The notes beneath the pieces are model-generated. The model did not search any database. It saw nothing but the letters and a program-made list of their open reading frames with translations, and had not been told where the DNA came from. DNA of 64,000 bases, from assembly GCA_965263355.1 (NCBI GenBank), contig CBDHHL010000056.1, positions 64,001-128,000 on the forward strand, given 5' to 3'. Positions 31,040 through 42,116 of the stretch are shown here, one piece after another; the stretch's first letter is position 1; every line of letters begins with the position of its first letter. The stretch comes from Leptolyngbyaceae cyanobacterium (GTDB lineage: Bacteria; Cyanobacteriota; Cyanobacteriia; Phormidesmidales; Phormidesmidaceae). Both the position numbers and the translations under genes were made by a program.

Positions 31040-31243
31040 ATGATAAAAATACGCCGTTCTAGATTGCTCAGCCTATTTATGGGCGCAGGGACCGTACTAT
31101 CTGTTCCCAACAACCTACCGGCCCAAGAAACTTTTGGTTTGTCATCTACACCAATCACCCCGATTTGCTACATGCAACTTGAAAGCGATGAGATTGTGAA
31201 TTTAGAGAAACTATGTGAATTACCCGCTGAAAATCCGTGCTAA
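31040..31243 (+). CDS. Small secreted protein, probably 3'-truncated by IS debris
   Basis: Signal peptide and CYMQ....IVNL..LC motif; the end overlaps the IS256-like fragment. Confidence 0.5.
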   Translation: MIKIRRSRLLSLFMGAGTVLSVPNNLPAQETFGLSSTPITPICYMQLESDEIVNLEKLCELPAENPC

Positions 31244-31483
31244 GGTTAATTCTTCCTCTAAAGCCGCTTCAAGGGTCGTTTTAACCGCACTGACAACTGC
31301 GGTGCGAAGGGTGTCCTCTAGCGCTGTATCCAGTTCTGGATGGAAACTGCTGGTTTTGACTCGTAAGATTTGTGCTTCCCGGTCTTGGATCGTCATACGT
31401 AGGCACCCTTAATGGCTGTAAGTCACTACTTTGAACCATTTAAGCCGACACTAGGCAATGGCGAAAACCTCGTGACACTAACC
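31220..31483 (-). mobile_element. IS256-like remnant (terminal sequence + transposase N-terminus)
   Basis: 58-aa minus ORF 31396-31220, MTIQDREAQILRV...AVKTTLEAALEEELT; putative end GGTTAGTGTCACGAGG at ~31483. Confidence 0.55.
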
Positions 31484-31694
31484 GCCCTGCGGTCTTGTGG
31501 CGTAAACAGAGTTTTGGAGCCAATAGCCAATAGGGGAGTCAGTTTGTGGCCCGGATGATGACTACCGTCACCAGCTTAAAGGCTCAGCAACGTTCAATTT
31601 TTGACTTCCTGAGCGATGCTGTAAAAGCTTCTCGTCATGGTTCTCCTGTGCCTTCATTGATACCTGAAGGAGACTGACCCTCCTGAATCTTTAC
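31483..31694 (+). mobile_element. IS66-family 3' remnant with terminal repeat
   Basis: RPAVLWRKQSFGANSQ*GSQFVARMMT...PSLIP with internal TAG at 31531; ends CCTGAATCTTTAC (GTAA- type IS66 end on the minus strand). Confidence 0.8.
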
Positions 31695-31784
31695 ATTAGA
31701 GAAGTATGTTCTCAATGGCCATGAGATGGATGAGAGTAATACATAGGTCAGTGCAATTCTTTTATCTCCCATAGGACAAAACTT

Positions 31785-34700
31785 TTACGCCTCACTTCCC
31801 GCCAGAGCTGGCTCATTCAACGCCCCACGCATGTAGCCTAACCACTCAATCAAATTCTCCAGTTGCTTATCCGGTTTCACTGCCCCCAAACCACGTACGG
31901 TCACCTTACCCGATGCATACACAAACCGTGATTTCAAATGTCCGGGTACTTTATCGTGGAGTAACTTCCAGGCCGGAGCCTCCATGGGTGTTTCCATCAC
32001 CACATGCTGTTTGCCTTCCGGTTTGATTTTGGCAAAGCCTAACGGTTTAGCAATCTGCTTCAGCTCTAACATTTTTACCAGCTGTTCCACCGCTGTTGGA
32101 ATTGGCCCAAACCGATCATTCAGGTCAGTCACAATTTGCATCAGCTCCCGCTTGGTATCAGCAGCCACCAATGACCGGTAAATACTCATCTTTTGATCCG
32201 TATCATCAATGTATTTGTTGGGAATAAACGCCGTTAGTTTCAGATCAATCTGAGTCTCGTCCACCTGGGGAATTTCTTGACCACGAATCTCGGCAATGGC
32301 CTCCTGTAGCATATCCATATATAGGTCAAAGCCAATCACCTCCATCTGTCCTGACTGCTGTACGCCCAAAAGATTACCAATCCCGCGAATCTCCATATCC
32401 CGCATGGCTAGCTGATAGCCAGACCCCAGCTGAGTAAATTCCTGAATTGCCCGCAGTCGCTTCCGAGCCTTGTCCGAAAGTTTGTCCTGTCTTGGGAAAA
32501 ACAACCAGGCGTGGGCCTGAATCCCAGAACGTCCCACCCGACCCCGTAACTGATATAGCTGGGACAAACCAAACTTTTGAGAATCCTCGATCAAGATGGT
32601 ATTGACTCGAGGAATGTCTAACCCCGACTCAATAATGGTGGTACACACCATCAGGTCAGCCTCACCATTACTAAAGGCCAGCATCGTTGCTTCTAGCTCA
32701 CCCTCTGGCATTTGACCATGGGCAACCGCTAGACGAATGGACGGAATCATCTCTCGAATCCGGGCGGCAACCTCTTCGATACCCTCCACACGGGGTACCA
32801 CATAAAACACCTGACCACCCCGATCTAATTCCTGACGAATGGCAGCGCGCACCTTCTCGGGATCGTAGGGGGCCAGGTGAGTCATAATCGGACGACGAGA
32901 CGGTGGCGGTGTGGTGATCAGGCTCATTTCCCGCACACCAGAGAGAGACATGTACAATGTCCGAGGAATAGGTGTGGCACTCAGGGTTAAAACATCCACC
33001 TGAGTTTTCATCGCTTTAATTTTCTCTTTTTGGTTTACCCCAAACCGCTGTTCCTCATCTACAACTAGTAATCCCAGGTCCTTGAATTTAACCGCTTTCC
33101 CTAAAAGCTGATGGGTACCAACAACAACATCTAGCTCTCCTGTCGCCAGTCGCTGAATAATATCTTTTCGTTCACTGGCAGTACGGAATCGGTTTAATAA
33201 CCCTACCTGGATCGGATAGGGGGCATATCTCTCTTTAATGGTGTGGTAGTGCTGTTGGGTGAGAATTGTGGTGGGGGCCAGCATAGCCACCTGTTTGCCA
33301 GCGGTGATCGCCTTAAAGATGGAACGAATCGCCACTTCGGTTTTACCAAAGCCCACATCGCCACATACCAGTCGGTCCATGGGGCGAGAACTTTCCATAT
33401 CCCGTTTTACATCCTGGGTAGCCTTAAGCTGGTCGGGTGTCGGCTGGTAGGGAAATGAGTCTTCTAGCTCCTGCTGCCAGGGCATATCGGTGGGATAGGT
33501 AAAACCTTCAAGTTCAGAACGCTGGGCATAGAGTTTGAGCAGGTCCACGGCCACTTTTTGAATGGCTTTCTTGGCCTTAGTTTTGGTTTTCTCCCAAGCC
33601 TTGCCGGTCATTTTGTTGAGCTGGGGGCGTTTCTCTGCCGAGGCTCGAAACCTTGACAGGGATGCCATTTGGTCGGCTGCTACCCGGAGTAGCCCATCGG
33701 CATATTTAATTACCAAATACTCGCGGGTTTCGGCATCAAGGGTGAGACTTTCTAATTTGAGAAATTGTCCAATGCCATGGTTACGATGGACCACATAATC
33801 ATTGGGCCGTAGTTTGTTGGGGTCAACCTTTTTGGACGCTGCCCGACGGCGTTTGCGTACATAGCTGGGGGTGGCCAGGGTATGCTGCCCAAAGAACTCG
33901 CGATCGCTAACAATGCCAATCCGAAATGTAGGCAGAATAAACCCTTCTAGCTCAGCCAGGCCAGAGTATTTGACGCCGATGGGTACATACTGACTGTGGA
34001 GTTTTTCGATGGCTGGATAGTCTTTGGGATTGGGAATAAACTGGGCGGGGCAGTCATGTTCTTGGAGTAAGGCTACGGAGCGGCTAGGTTGGGCAGAGAT
34101 TAGCCAGATCTGGTGTTTGCGATCGCATTCTTCCCTCACCGTCTCCGCCAATTTCCCAAACTGGTGAGGAATCGCCGGTACCGGACGACTCGCCAGGTTC
34201 AGCCCTTCACCCTCTTCAGCAATTTCCGACAACAACACCTGGGAAAACAGAGATAAATCCTCCAATGCCTCATCAAAAGGCCGATGCAATTTTGGTACCA
34301 CTGGCCCCGGCAGCTGAATCTCATCACTGTTGGCCAGGGTTTCATTCACCTCATGCCAATAATCATCCACCTGGTCATACCAGCGACCACTATGGGCTCG
34401 ACACTGATCCGGCTCATCAATGGCAATCAGCGTATCTTCTGATAAATACTCTAAGAGCGAAGCAGGCTGATCAAAGGCAATCCCCAGAAACCGACGGAGA
34501 CCTTCTACCCGTTGACCACTGTCATACTCTTCCTGCGCTTCCGGCGACATCAGGTCCGTCAATACGCCTTTTTCCTCTAGCTTCGAGGCAATCAACGGAC
34601 TAAAATCCGTCGTCGTTAGCAGCAGGGTCGATACATTATCCAAAGACCGCTGATTAGCAGGGTCAAACTCCCGCAGTCGCTCTAGTTCATCACCAAACAG

Positions 34701-35288
34701 CTCCAATCGTACGGGTAGCTCTGCTGATACCGGAAAGACATCAATAATATCTCCGCGCTGACTCCACTGCCCCTCAGTTTCCACCGTCGGTACCTTTTCA
34801 TAGCCCAACGTAGCTAAGGTCCGCGCTAGCTCCTTCAAATTCAGCTCCATGCCTTGTTCCAGCTGCAGACAGTAGGGCTTAAATGCTTCTACTGGTGGCA
34901 AATGGGGCTGCAATGCCCGTTCCGTTGCCACAATCACACTGGGCTCAGTATCCTTGAGGAGATCCGCCAATACCTGTAGCTGCCCCCAGGTCATCTCTGA
35001 CTCCTGGTCAAAGGGATCATAGGGCGATGCTTCGGAGGTGGGATATAGCGAAACCCTGGGCCATCCCATGGCCTCTAGCTGAGCAGTCCAGCGTCCGGCT
35101 TCTTCTAAGGTAGCCGTAACCACTAGCATGGGCCGTTCTTGGGCTTGGGCCAAGGCTGACGCTACCAAACCCTTTGGCAAACGGGGTACCCCATTGAGTA
35201 CCAGCTGCTGCTGCTTGTCTAACTTAGTTAACAATTCTTGGGTTAAGGCAGCTTTACTAAGGGCACGGACAACGGACGAAAAAGCCAT
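31785..35288 (-). CDS. mfd: Transcription-repair coupling factor
   Basis: UvrB-homology region, CarD-like domain, [23 protein letters not shown] and TRCF C-terminus. Confidence 0.98.
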   Translation of the reverse strand: MAFSSVVRALSKAALTQELLTKLDKQQQLVLNGVPRLPKGLVASALAQAQERPMLVVTATLEEAGRWTAQLEAMGWPRVSLYPTSEASPYDPFDQESEMTWGQLQVLADLLKDTEPSVIVATERALQPHLPPVEAFKPYCLQLEQGMELNLKELARTLATLGYEKVPTVETEGQWSQRGDIIDVFPVSAELPVRLELFGDELERLREFDPANQRSLDNVSTLLLTTTDFSPLIASKLEEKGVLTDLMSPEAQEEYDSGQRVEGLRRFLGIAFDQPASLLEYLSEDTLIAIDEPDQCRAHSGRWYDQVDDYWHEVNETLANSDEIQLPGPVVPKLHRPFDEALEDLSLFSQVLLSEIAEEGEGLNLASRPVPAIPHQFGKLAETVREECDRKHQIWLISAQPSRSVALLQEHDCPAQFIPNPKDYPAIEKLHSQYVPIGVKYSGLAELEGFILPTFRIGIVSDREFFGQHTLATPSYVRKRRRAASKKVDPNKLRPNDYVVHRNHGIGQFLKLESLTLDAETREYLVIKYADGLLRVAADQMASLSRFRASAEKRPQLNKMTGKAWEKTKTKAKKAIQKVAVDLLKLYAQRSELEGFTYPTDMPWQQELEDSFPYQPTPDQLKATQDVKRDMESSRPMDRLVCGDVGFGKTEVAIRSIFKAITAGKQVAMLAPTTILTQQHYHTIKERYAPYPIQVGLLNRFRTASERKDIIQRLATGELDVVVGTHQLLGKAVKFKDLGLLVVDEEQRFGVNQKEKIKAMKTQVDVLTLSATPIPRTLYMSLSGVREMSLITTPPPSRRPIMTHLAPYDPEKVRAAIRQELDRGGQVFYVVPRVEGIEEVAARIREMIPSIRLAVAHGQMPEGELEATMLAFSNGEADLMVCTTIIESGLDIPRVNTILIEDSQKFGLSQLYQLRGRVGRSGIQAHAWLFFPRQDKLSDKARKRLRAIQEFTQLGSGYQLAMRDMEIRGIGNLLGVQQSGQMEVIGFDLYMDMLQEAIAEIRGQEIPQVDETQIDLKLTAFIPNKYIDDTDQKMSIYRSLVAADTKRELMQIVTDLNDRFGPIPTAVEQLVKMLELKQIAKPLGFAKIKPEGKQHVVMETPMEAPAWKLLHDKVPGHLKSRFVYASGKVTVRGLGAVKPDKQLENLIEWLGYMRGALNEPALAGSEA

Positions 35289-35520
35289 GAAAGCGGTCGA
35301 GATGGATTACAGCATCTATAGATTGTAGAACCTGATTTATTAAAACGATAAGCTGATTGTTGGGTGGGTAATGATGGTAATAGTCGGTGGGCAATGTCCA
35401 CCTTATGGCTTAAAAAAATAGCTGTGGGGAATAAAAAGATCGTTACTATTGAGCGAAGGCTATTAAACCGTTAGGGTGTATAGGGCATACCGAGTTGGCA
35501 CAGGACACAGCAAACCTAGA

Positions 35521-37197
35521 ATGCGATATCTGATCACCAGCGCACTTCCTTATATCAATGGAATTAAGCACTTGGGCAACCTGGTGGGGTCGATGCTGCC
35601 CGCCGATGTGTATGCTCGATTTTTGCGTCAGGAAGGCGAAGACGTTTTATATATATGTGCGACCGACGAACATGGCACTCCGGCTGAAATTGCTGCCCTT
35701 GAAGCAGAGTTAGAAGTGGCCGAATTTTGCACCCGTCAATATGAAAAGCAAAAGGATATTTACGAACGCTTTGGGCTGTCCTTTGACTACTTTGGTCGTA
35801 CGTCAGCGCCAGAGAACCATGAGCTTACCCAACATTTTTACCATCAGCTCTCGGAAAACGGCTTTATCGAAGAACGGGAAATCAGCCAGATCTATTCATT
35901 GGACGATGAACGTTTTTTGCCGGATCGCTATGTCACGGGGACCTGTCCTAACTGTGGCTATGAAAAAGCCCGAGGCGATCAGTGCGAAAACTGTACTAAG
36001 GTCCTCACACCCACCGAATTAATCGATCCCCGCTCCACTATTTCTGGCAGCACAAACTTAGAAGTCCGTAGCTCCAAGCATTTGTTCTTGTTACTGGATC
36101 AGCTCAGCGATGAAGTCCGGGCCTGGGTTGAGCAGCAAACACAGTGGCCTAAGCTCACTTCCTCCATTGCGTTTAAGTGGCTGGATGAAGGTTTGCAAAG
36201 TCGAGGCATTACCCGCGACCTGAGTTGGGGCGTACCGGTACCGGCTGATGGCTTTGAGGGCAAAGTCTTTTATGTTTGGTTTGATGCCCCCATTGGCTAT
36301 GTATCAGCCACAAAAGCTTGGGGAAATGCCACTGGCAACGATTGGGAAAGTTGGTGGAAAGGGAGTGACGATGTCCATTACACCCAGTTTATGGCCAAGG
36401 ACAATCTGCCCTTCCATACAATCATGTGGCCTGCGACCATTCTGGGCAGCCGTGAGCCATGGAAAATGGCGGACTATATCAAAGGCTTTAACTGGCTCAA
36501 TTACTATGGTGGCAAGTTTTCCACTAGCTCAAAACGGGGGGTGTTTCTCGACCAGGCATTAGAAATTGCCCCAGCCGATTACTGGCGCTATATGCTGATG
36601 GCCAGTGCCCCCGAGTCCTCTGACTCTGCCTTTACTTGGGAGCAGTTCCAGAATCGGGTAAATAAGGAACTGGCGGACAATCTAGGTAATTTTGTTAACC
36701 GCATTTTGAAATTTACGGCGTCTAAGTTTGGTAAGGAAATACCTGATGGGGGTACCCCCGGTACTGCGGAAGCAGAGCTAGAGTCCACCTGTAAAGAGCT
36801 GGTGGAAAAGCTGCGGGGCCACCTGCGCCAGCAAGAATTTCGTCGGGCGACGGAGACATTGAATGCCCTGTGGACAGCGGGCAATCAGTACATTGACGTG
36901 CGGGCACCCTGGGCACTGTTTAAGCAGGATAAAGCTGACGCTGCGGTGGTGATTCGCACCTGTATTAACTTGATTCGACTGTATGCGATCGCAAGTGCTC
37001 CCTTTATTCCCCATACCGCCGAGGCCCTCTACGACGCCCTCCAACTCACCGACGACGAACGCCATAGCACCATGGCCGCTGCCACAGACCTCACCATTTT
37101 GGCGGCGGGTCGTCCGTTTGCAGTGCCTGCCCCACTATTTCAAAAGCTTGACGATGATCGCGTTGCTGAATTAAAAGCTCAGTATGGAGGCGATTAG
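35521..37197 (+). CDS. metG: Methionine--tRNA ligase
   Basis: ITSALPYINGIKHLGN, TDEHG, CPNC/CENC knuckle, YVWFDA and KFSTS; ATG 35521 preferred as start. Confidence 0.96.
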   Translation: MRYLITSALPYINGIKHLGNLVGSMLPADVYARFLRQEGEDVLYICATDEHGTPAEIAALEAELEVAEFCTRQYEKQKDIYERFGLSFDYFGRTSAPENHELTQHFYHQLSENGFIEEREISQIYSLDDERFLPDRYVTGTCPNCGYEKARGDQCENCTKVLTPTELIDPRSTISGSTNLEVRSSKHLFLLLDQLSDEVRAWVEQQTQWPKLTSSIAFKWLDEGLQSRGITRDLSWGVPVPADGFEGKVFYVWFDAPIGYVSATKAWGNATGNDWESWWKGSDDVHYTQFMAKDNLPFHTIMWPATILGSREPWKMADYIKGFNWLNYYGGKFSTSSKRGVFLDQALEIAPADYWRYMLMASAPESSDSAFTWEQFQNRVNKELADNLGNFVNRILKFTASKFGKEIPDGGTPGTAEAELESTCKELVEKLRGHLRQQEFRRATETLNALWTAGNQYIDVRAPWALFKQDKADAAVVIRTCINLIRLYAIASAPFIPHTAEALYDALQLTDDERHSTMAAATDLTILAAGRPFAVPAPLFQKLDDDRVAELKAQYGGD

Positions 37198-37204
37198 GAT
37201 AAAG

Positions 37205-38236
37205 ATGCAATTAACTATGACACACGCTCGCTTTTTAACTAAAACGCTTATTGCGCCTGTTTTACTCTCAGCCACCCTGCTAGGCTGCGGGAATGATGAT
37301 AACGTCGCCAAGGATGAATACGGTGACACCATCGCCACGGACGCTCCCTACATAGCCGTCACCCAGATCGTTGAGCACCCCGCCCTTGATGCCGTACGCG
37401 ATGGTCTGCAGGATAAGCTGAAAGAAGAAGGCTATGACCAGGCGGATAATTCCCTTAAGTGGACATGGGAAAGCGCCCAGGGCCAGGCGGCCAATGCGGC
37501 CCAGATTGCCCAAAAGTTTGTGGGTGATAATCCAGACCTGATTGTGGCCATTGCAACGCCCTCGGCCCAGGCGGTCGTGGGGAACACCGACACCATTCCG
37601 GTGGTCTTTTCAGCGGTTACCGATCCGGTGGCGGCTGAACTGGTGCCTAGCCTGGACGCATCAGGGGGGACAGTAACTGGTGTGAGTGATTTGTCCCCCA
37701 TTGATGAACATCTAGCACTGATTGCGGATATTGTGCCCGATGCCAAAAGTGTAGGGGTGATTTACAACGCTGGGGAATCCAATTCTGTCAGCCTGGTATC
37801 GTTACTGAACCAAGAAGCAGAATCCCAAGGGTTTGTGATTGAAGCTGCGACAGTAACCAATTCTGCGGATGTGGCCACGGCAGCGGAAAGCTTGGTGGGT
37901 CAGGTGGATGTGATTTATATTCCCACCGACAACACGGTGGTATCTGCCTTAGAAGCAGTCATTAAGGTGGGTAATGAAAATAAGATACCGGTATTTGCTG
38001 GCGATACGGACTCGGTGGAGCGGGGTGCGATCGCAACTGCTAGTTTTGACTATTATGAAGTGGGTCGCCAAACAGGGGATATGGTGACCCGCATTCTTGG
38101 GGGTGAAAGCCCTGGGGACATGCCCGTAGAGTTAGCCAAAACAGTAGACTTAGCCGTTAATCTAACGGCAGCTGAAACCATGGGCGTAACCGTACCTGAT
38201 GTCATTAAAGATAGCGCTGATCAACTATTTGAATAA
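37205..38236 (+). CDS. ABC transporter substrate-binding lipoprotein (aromatic amino-acid type)
   Basis: Lipobox LLGC, QIVEHPALD, AIATPSAQ, TGVSD and YIPTDN; start uncertain. Confidence 0.88.
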   Translation: MQLTMTHARFLTKTLIAPVLLSATLLGCGNDDNVAKDEYGDTIATDAPYIAVTQIVEHPALDAVRDGLQDKLKEEGYDQADNSLKWTWESAQGQAANAAQIAQKFVGDNPDLIVAIATPSAQAVVGNTDTIPVVFSAVTDPVAAELVPSLDASGGTVTGVSDLSPIDEHLALIADIVPDAKSVGVIYNAGESNSVSLVSLLNQEAESQGFVIEAATVTNSADVATAAESLVGQVDVIYIPTDNTVVSALEAVIKVGNENKIPVFAGDTDSVERGAIATASFDYYEVGRQTGDMVTRILGGESPGDMPVELAKTVDLAVNLTAAETMGVTVPDVIKDSADQLFE

Positions 38237-38321
38237 CCCAGTTAAGGGTCTGTTGGTGAATGTTGGGCTTCCCTTACACTGGCGGCGATATGATCTAATT
38301 TTTATAGAGTATTTTGACGTT

Positions 38322-40478
38322 TTATCTTGCTCCAAGAACTACCGTGGTCGGTATTTCATTTAAATACTCGTTGATTTTGCTGAGTAACTGATCACGCTTT
38401 AAAGGTTTTTGAATACAAGCATTACATCCGACGGACAAAATCTCATCTGATTGAGCATCAATGGTACTGGCAGTAATCGCAATGATCGGTAAATGGGGAT
38501 CCCGTTGCCTAATGTAAGCGGTGGCATCATAGCCATTCATCACAGGCATTTGAATGTCCATAAGAATTAGATCCGGACGGGACAATTGCCATGCTTCAAT
38601 GGCCTGCTGACCATTGTGAGCCTCACAGACCTTAAACCCAACCGCGCTCAAAATTTTCCTGAGCAGCAAACGATTGGTCGGTGCATCTTCCACTACTAAG
38701 ATTTCTATATCTTGAATAGAAATTTCAGGTGTATTTGATTCTATGGAAGCGGCTCCTTTACAAGCAAGGGCAGATTGCAGAACAGTCACTGGCAGATGAA
38801 TATCAAATGTGGTCCCTTGACCGAGTTGACTGCGACAGTCAATAGTACCTCCCATGAGTTTAACCAATCCTTTACAGATGGCTAGTCCCAACCCCACACC
38901 CTGGGTACCAGCGTCCCAAACAGACGCACTGTGGGTCTGATAGAACGGATTAAAAATTCTCTTTTGCTCATCGGGACTAATGCCGCAACCCGTATCGGAA
39001 ATCTCTATACCGAGCTTAGTTGTGCTATCTTGAACTACAGAATATACCCTGAGCAAAACCTGGCCTTGATGGGTATATTTGATGGCATTGTCGAGTAAAT
39101 TGAGCACAAGCTGACGTAGTTTGCTGATATCAATACGCACATAGCGGGGTAGGGTGCGATCGCACTCTACCCGTAGCTGTAATCCTTGTTTTTTTGCCTT
39201 GAGCTGCACCATGCCACCCAGTTGATAAAACAACCTGGATACATCTACATCGCTGGGCTGTAGCCTGACATGGCCTATGTCTAATTTAGTCAATGCCAGA
39301 ATGTTGTTGATCAAGGTCAACAAATGATTACCACTAGTCTCAATAATCTCCAGAGAATAACTATGTTCGTTAGAAAGAGCCGGATCCTGAGCCATGAGTT
39401 CGGCAAATCCTAAAATAGCATTGAGGGGAGTCCGCAGCTCATGATTAACTTTAGCTAAAAATGCACTTTTTGCTTGGTTGGCCTTTTCAGCAGCATCCTT
39501 TGCCTGTTGTAGCTCATCCGTACGTTGTTGAATCCGATTTTCTAAATCGTCGTAGGCTGCCAATAAAGCTTTTTCTGCCTGACGACGCTTGAGTTCAGCG
39601 GCTGAACGAGTAGCAAATATCCGTAAAAACAACTTAGCGAGTTCAACATCCTCCAACGGCCCATCATGGAGAATAAACAATGTGCCAATCACTGTTTTCT
39701 CGCCATCTAATAAAGGCACCCCCAGGTAGGTGGTAGCCCCTAGTTGAGCCATTGGGTGATCCAGCGGTAGCTTAAGATCTAAACAGTATTGCACTTTTGT
39801 TGTTTCAATCGCCTGGGCGCAGGGTGTTTGGAAGGCAGTAATGGCAATATTTTTCCGCAGTTTACCCTGTTGCCATATCGCCAGGGTGTATAGTTCAAGG
39901 GAGTCTGGTTGAAGCCGTTCAGCAATGATGACATTCTGTACATTGAGTATCATCGCCAGACTTGCCACCAAGCTGGAGAAGTATTCTGACCCAGTGGCCA
40001 AGGATGTACAGGTAACGAGACTTTGAAATGCTGTTTGTATATAGTGACGGCGAGACATTTCAGCTTTGAGTTGCTGATTTACCTGGGCTAGCTCTGACGG
40101 AGTTTTGAGGGCAAAAAATTTAGGCAGTAGGGTAATCAGCTCATAGGCCGTAAAGGTTGAAACGATAGCCGTACAAGCACGTACACCGTCAGACAGCCCA
40201 GGAGATAGAGCCAGCTCCAATCCATAACAGAGGCCACAGAGAGTAAGCAACGTTCCCAAGAGCCAGCACAGGCATCGAACGTAAACTGGCCCCTGGCGAT
40301 ACTTACAGGCAACATAAAACAACGTCACTGAAATGAAAAAAAAAGCCAGAGCAGTAATCCCATTGCTAACCCGATGGAAACTACCCCAGGGTAATTGCCA
40401 TACATAACTATGGGAGATACATTGACCAGATGAAAATATCTGCCAACAATAAGTATCCATTCCCCTCCCGTTTTGCAT
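38322..40478 (-). CDS. Hybrid histidine kinase: 3-TM ethylene-receptor-like sensor, GAF, HisKA, HATPase, receiver
   Basis: HELRTPLNAI, NLLDNAIKYT, DTGCGI, GLGL, VED and LMDIQMP. Confidence 0.92.
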   Translation of the reverse strand: MQNGRGMDTYCWQIFSSGQCISHSYVWQLPWGSFHRVSNGITALAFFFISVTLFYVACKYRQGPVYVRCLCWLLGTLLTLCGLCYGLELALSPGLSDGVRACTAIVSTFTAYELITLLPKFFALKTPSELAQVNQQLKAEMSRRHYIQTAFQSLVTCTSLATGSEYFSSLVASLAMILNVQNVIIAERLQPDSLELYTLAIWQQGKLRKNIAITAFQTPCAQAIETTKVQYCLDLKLPLDHPMAQLGATTYLGVPLLDGEKTVIGTLFILHDGPLEDVELAKLFLRIFATRSAAELKRRQAEKALLAAYDDLENRIQQRTDELQQAKDAAEKANQAKSAFLAKVNHELRTPLNAILGFAELMAQDPALSNEHSYSLEIIETSGNHLLTLINNILALTKLDIGHVRLQPSDVDVSRLFYQLGGMVQLKAKKQGLQLRVECDRTLPRYVRIDISKLRQLVLNLLDNAIKYTHQGQVLLRVYSVVQDSTTKLGIEISDTGCGISPDEQKRIFNPFYQTHSASVWDAGTQGVGLGLAICKGLVKLMGGTIDCRSQLGQGTTFDIHLPVTVLQSALACKGAASIESNTPEISIQDIEILVVEDAPTNRLLLRKILSAVGFKVCEAHNGQQAIEAWQLSRPDLILMDIQMPVMNGYDATAYIRQRDPHLPIIAITASTIDAQSDEILSVGCNACIQKPLKRDQLLSKINEYLNEIPTTVVLGAR

Positions 40479-40596
40479 TCAACATCTAGATTGCCCATTT
40501 ACTAAGCCAAGTGGCTTAATAAACAAGTAATTAAGGATGAATGTTGAACGAGTGCCAAGATTGTTAACAATTAAACAGAACAAGTTTAATGTTTAA

Positions 40597-41976
40597 TTAT
40601 TCTACCGAAGTCTTTACTGGTTTCCCAGCAATAGCTCGATCTAAAAGTTCAATGGGATGCATGACTGGTATTGTCTGGCCCTGACGAGCTAAATGCTTTT
40701 GAATCTGCAGGGCACAGCCTGGGTTAGATGAGGCTATTAGGGTAGCCCTTGTATTCACTAGATTAGTTACTTTCATTTGACCCAGCTCATTGGCCACTTT
40801 AGGCTGCAACATGTTGTAAACGCCAGCGCTGCCACAACAAAGCTCGGCATCAATGGGGTCACAGACGCTCACCTGAGGAATCTGTTTGAGTAGCTGGCGG
40901 GGAGGCTGGGTAATGCCCTGGCCATGGCGCAGATGGCAGGCATCCTGGTATACCAGCTTGAGGGGCTGATCAGTAATGGCCGAGAGTTTGGCCGTTAAGC
41001 CCACTTCGGTCAGGAATTCCTGGATATCACGGACTTTTTTACTAAAGGCAACCGCCTTATCACGATAGTCTGGATCATCCTGCAAAATATGGCCGTAGTC
41101 CTTGAGGGTATGGCCACAGCCAGCGGCATTGATAATAATGTAGTCTACCGCTGTGTCAGCAAAGCTATCGATCATCTGTCGTGCCAATGCCTGAGCTTGC
41201 TCCGTTTCTCCCTGGTGGGCGGGCAGCGCAGAACAACATCCCTGGCTTTTAGGAATCACCACTTCGCAGCCATTGGCACTCAGCACTCGGGCAGTAGCCT
41301 CATTGACATTGGTGAAAAACACCCGCTGAACACAGCCCAGAATCATGCCTACTCGATAGCGTTTTTCCCCCTGGGCAGGCACCGTTTCTGGCAAATTATC
41401 CTGAAAACATTGGGGCGTGACCGTTGGCAAATTGGCCTCCATGGCTGCTAGTTGGGGAGTCCATTGCTCCAGTAAGCCCGTACTGCGGATCAATTTAGAC
41501 AGCCCTAACCATTGATAGAGAGCCAGGGGACCCAGTAACAGACGAATGCGGTCAGGGTAAGGAAAGAGGGAAAAAATCAGCTGGCGCAGTAAACGGATGG
41601 GAAGCGGTCGCTGGTGGTTGCGGTTGACTTGCGATCGCACCGAGTCAACCAATCGGTCATACCTTACCCCAGACGGACAGGCCGTGGTACAGGCCAAACA
41701 GCCCAGACAAGACTCAAAATGACTGACCGCCGCATCAGATAGCGGCGCATCGCCCTTGTTAATAGCATCCATCAGATAAATCCGCCCCCGAGGCGAGTCA
41801 GTTTCCTTACCGATGACTCGATAGCTGGGGCAGGTGGTTAAACAAAAACCACAATGAACACAGGCATTAATCAACGACTGGTCAGGTGGCTCATGGGCAT
41901 CAAAGCCAACCAGATTAGATTCCAGACTCGTATCAAGTTTCAGAGTAGACGCTGTAGATGATTCCGAAGGCTGCAT
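40597..41976 (-). CDS. glcF: Glycolate oxidase iron-sulfur subunit
   Basis: CVHCGFCLTTCP, SPRGRI, CLGCLACTTACPSG and two CCG domains. Confidence 0.9.
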   Translation of the reverse strand: MQPSESSTASTLKLDTSLESNLVGFDAHEPPDQSLINACVHCGFCLTTCPSYRVIGKETDSPRGRIYLMDAINKGDAPLSDAAVSHFESCLGCLACTTACPSGVRYDRLVDSVRSQVNRNHQRPLPIRLLRQLIFSLFPYPDRIRLLLGPLALYQWLGLSKLIRSTGLLEQWTPQLAAMEANLPTVTPQCFQDNLPETVPAQGEKRYRVGMILGCVQRVFFTNVNEATARVLSANGCEVVIPKSQGCCSALPAHQGETEQAQALARQMIDSFADTAVDYIIINAAGCGHTLKDYGHILQDDPDYRDKAVAFSKKVRDIQEFLTEVGLTAKLSAITDQPLKLVYQDACHLRHGQGITQPPRQLLKQIPQVSVCDPIDAELCCGSAGVYNMLQPKVANELGQMKVTNLVNTRATLIASSNPGCALQIQKHLARQGQTIPVMHPIELLDRAIAGKPVKTSVE

Positions 41977-42116
41977 TCAGAGGCACAAGAGGCAATACCC
42001 TAACTAGCTTATCGCTTTAGTTCTCCTGAATTTACGCACCCAGGGTGATTTAAGGTGAATATGTTAGTCTGCCATAAGGGAAAAAATCCTCAATAATTCT
42101 TATCAGGTGATAATCC

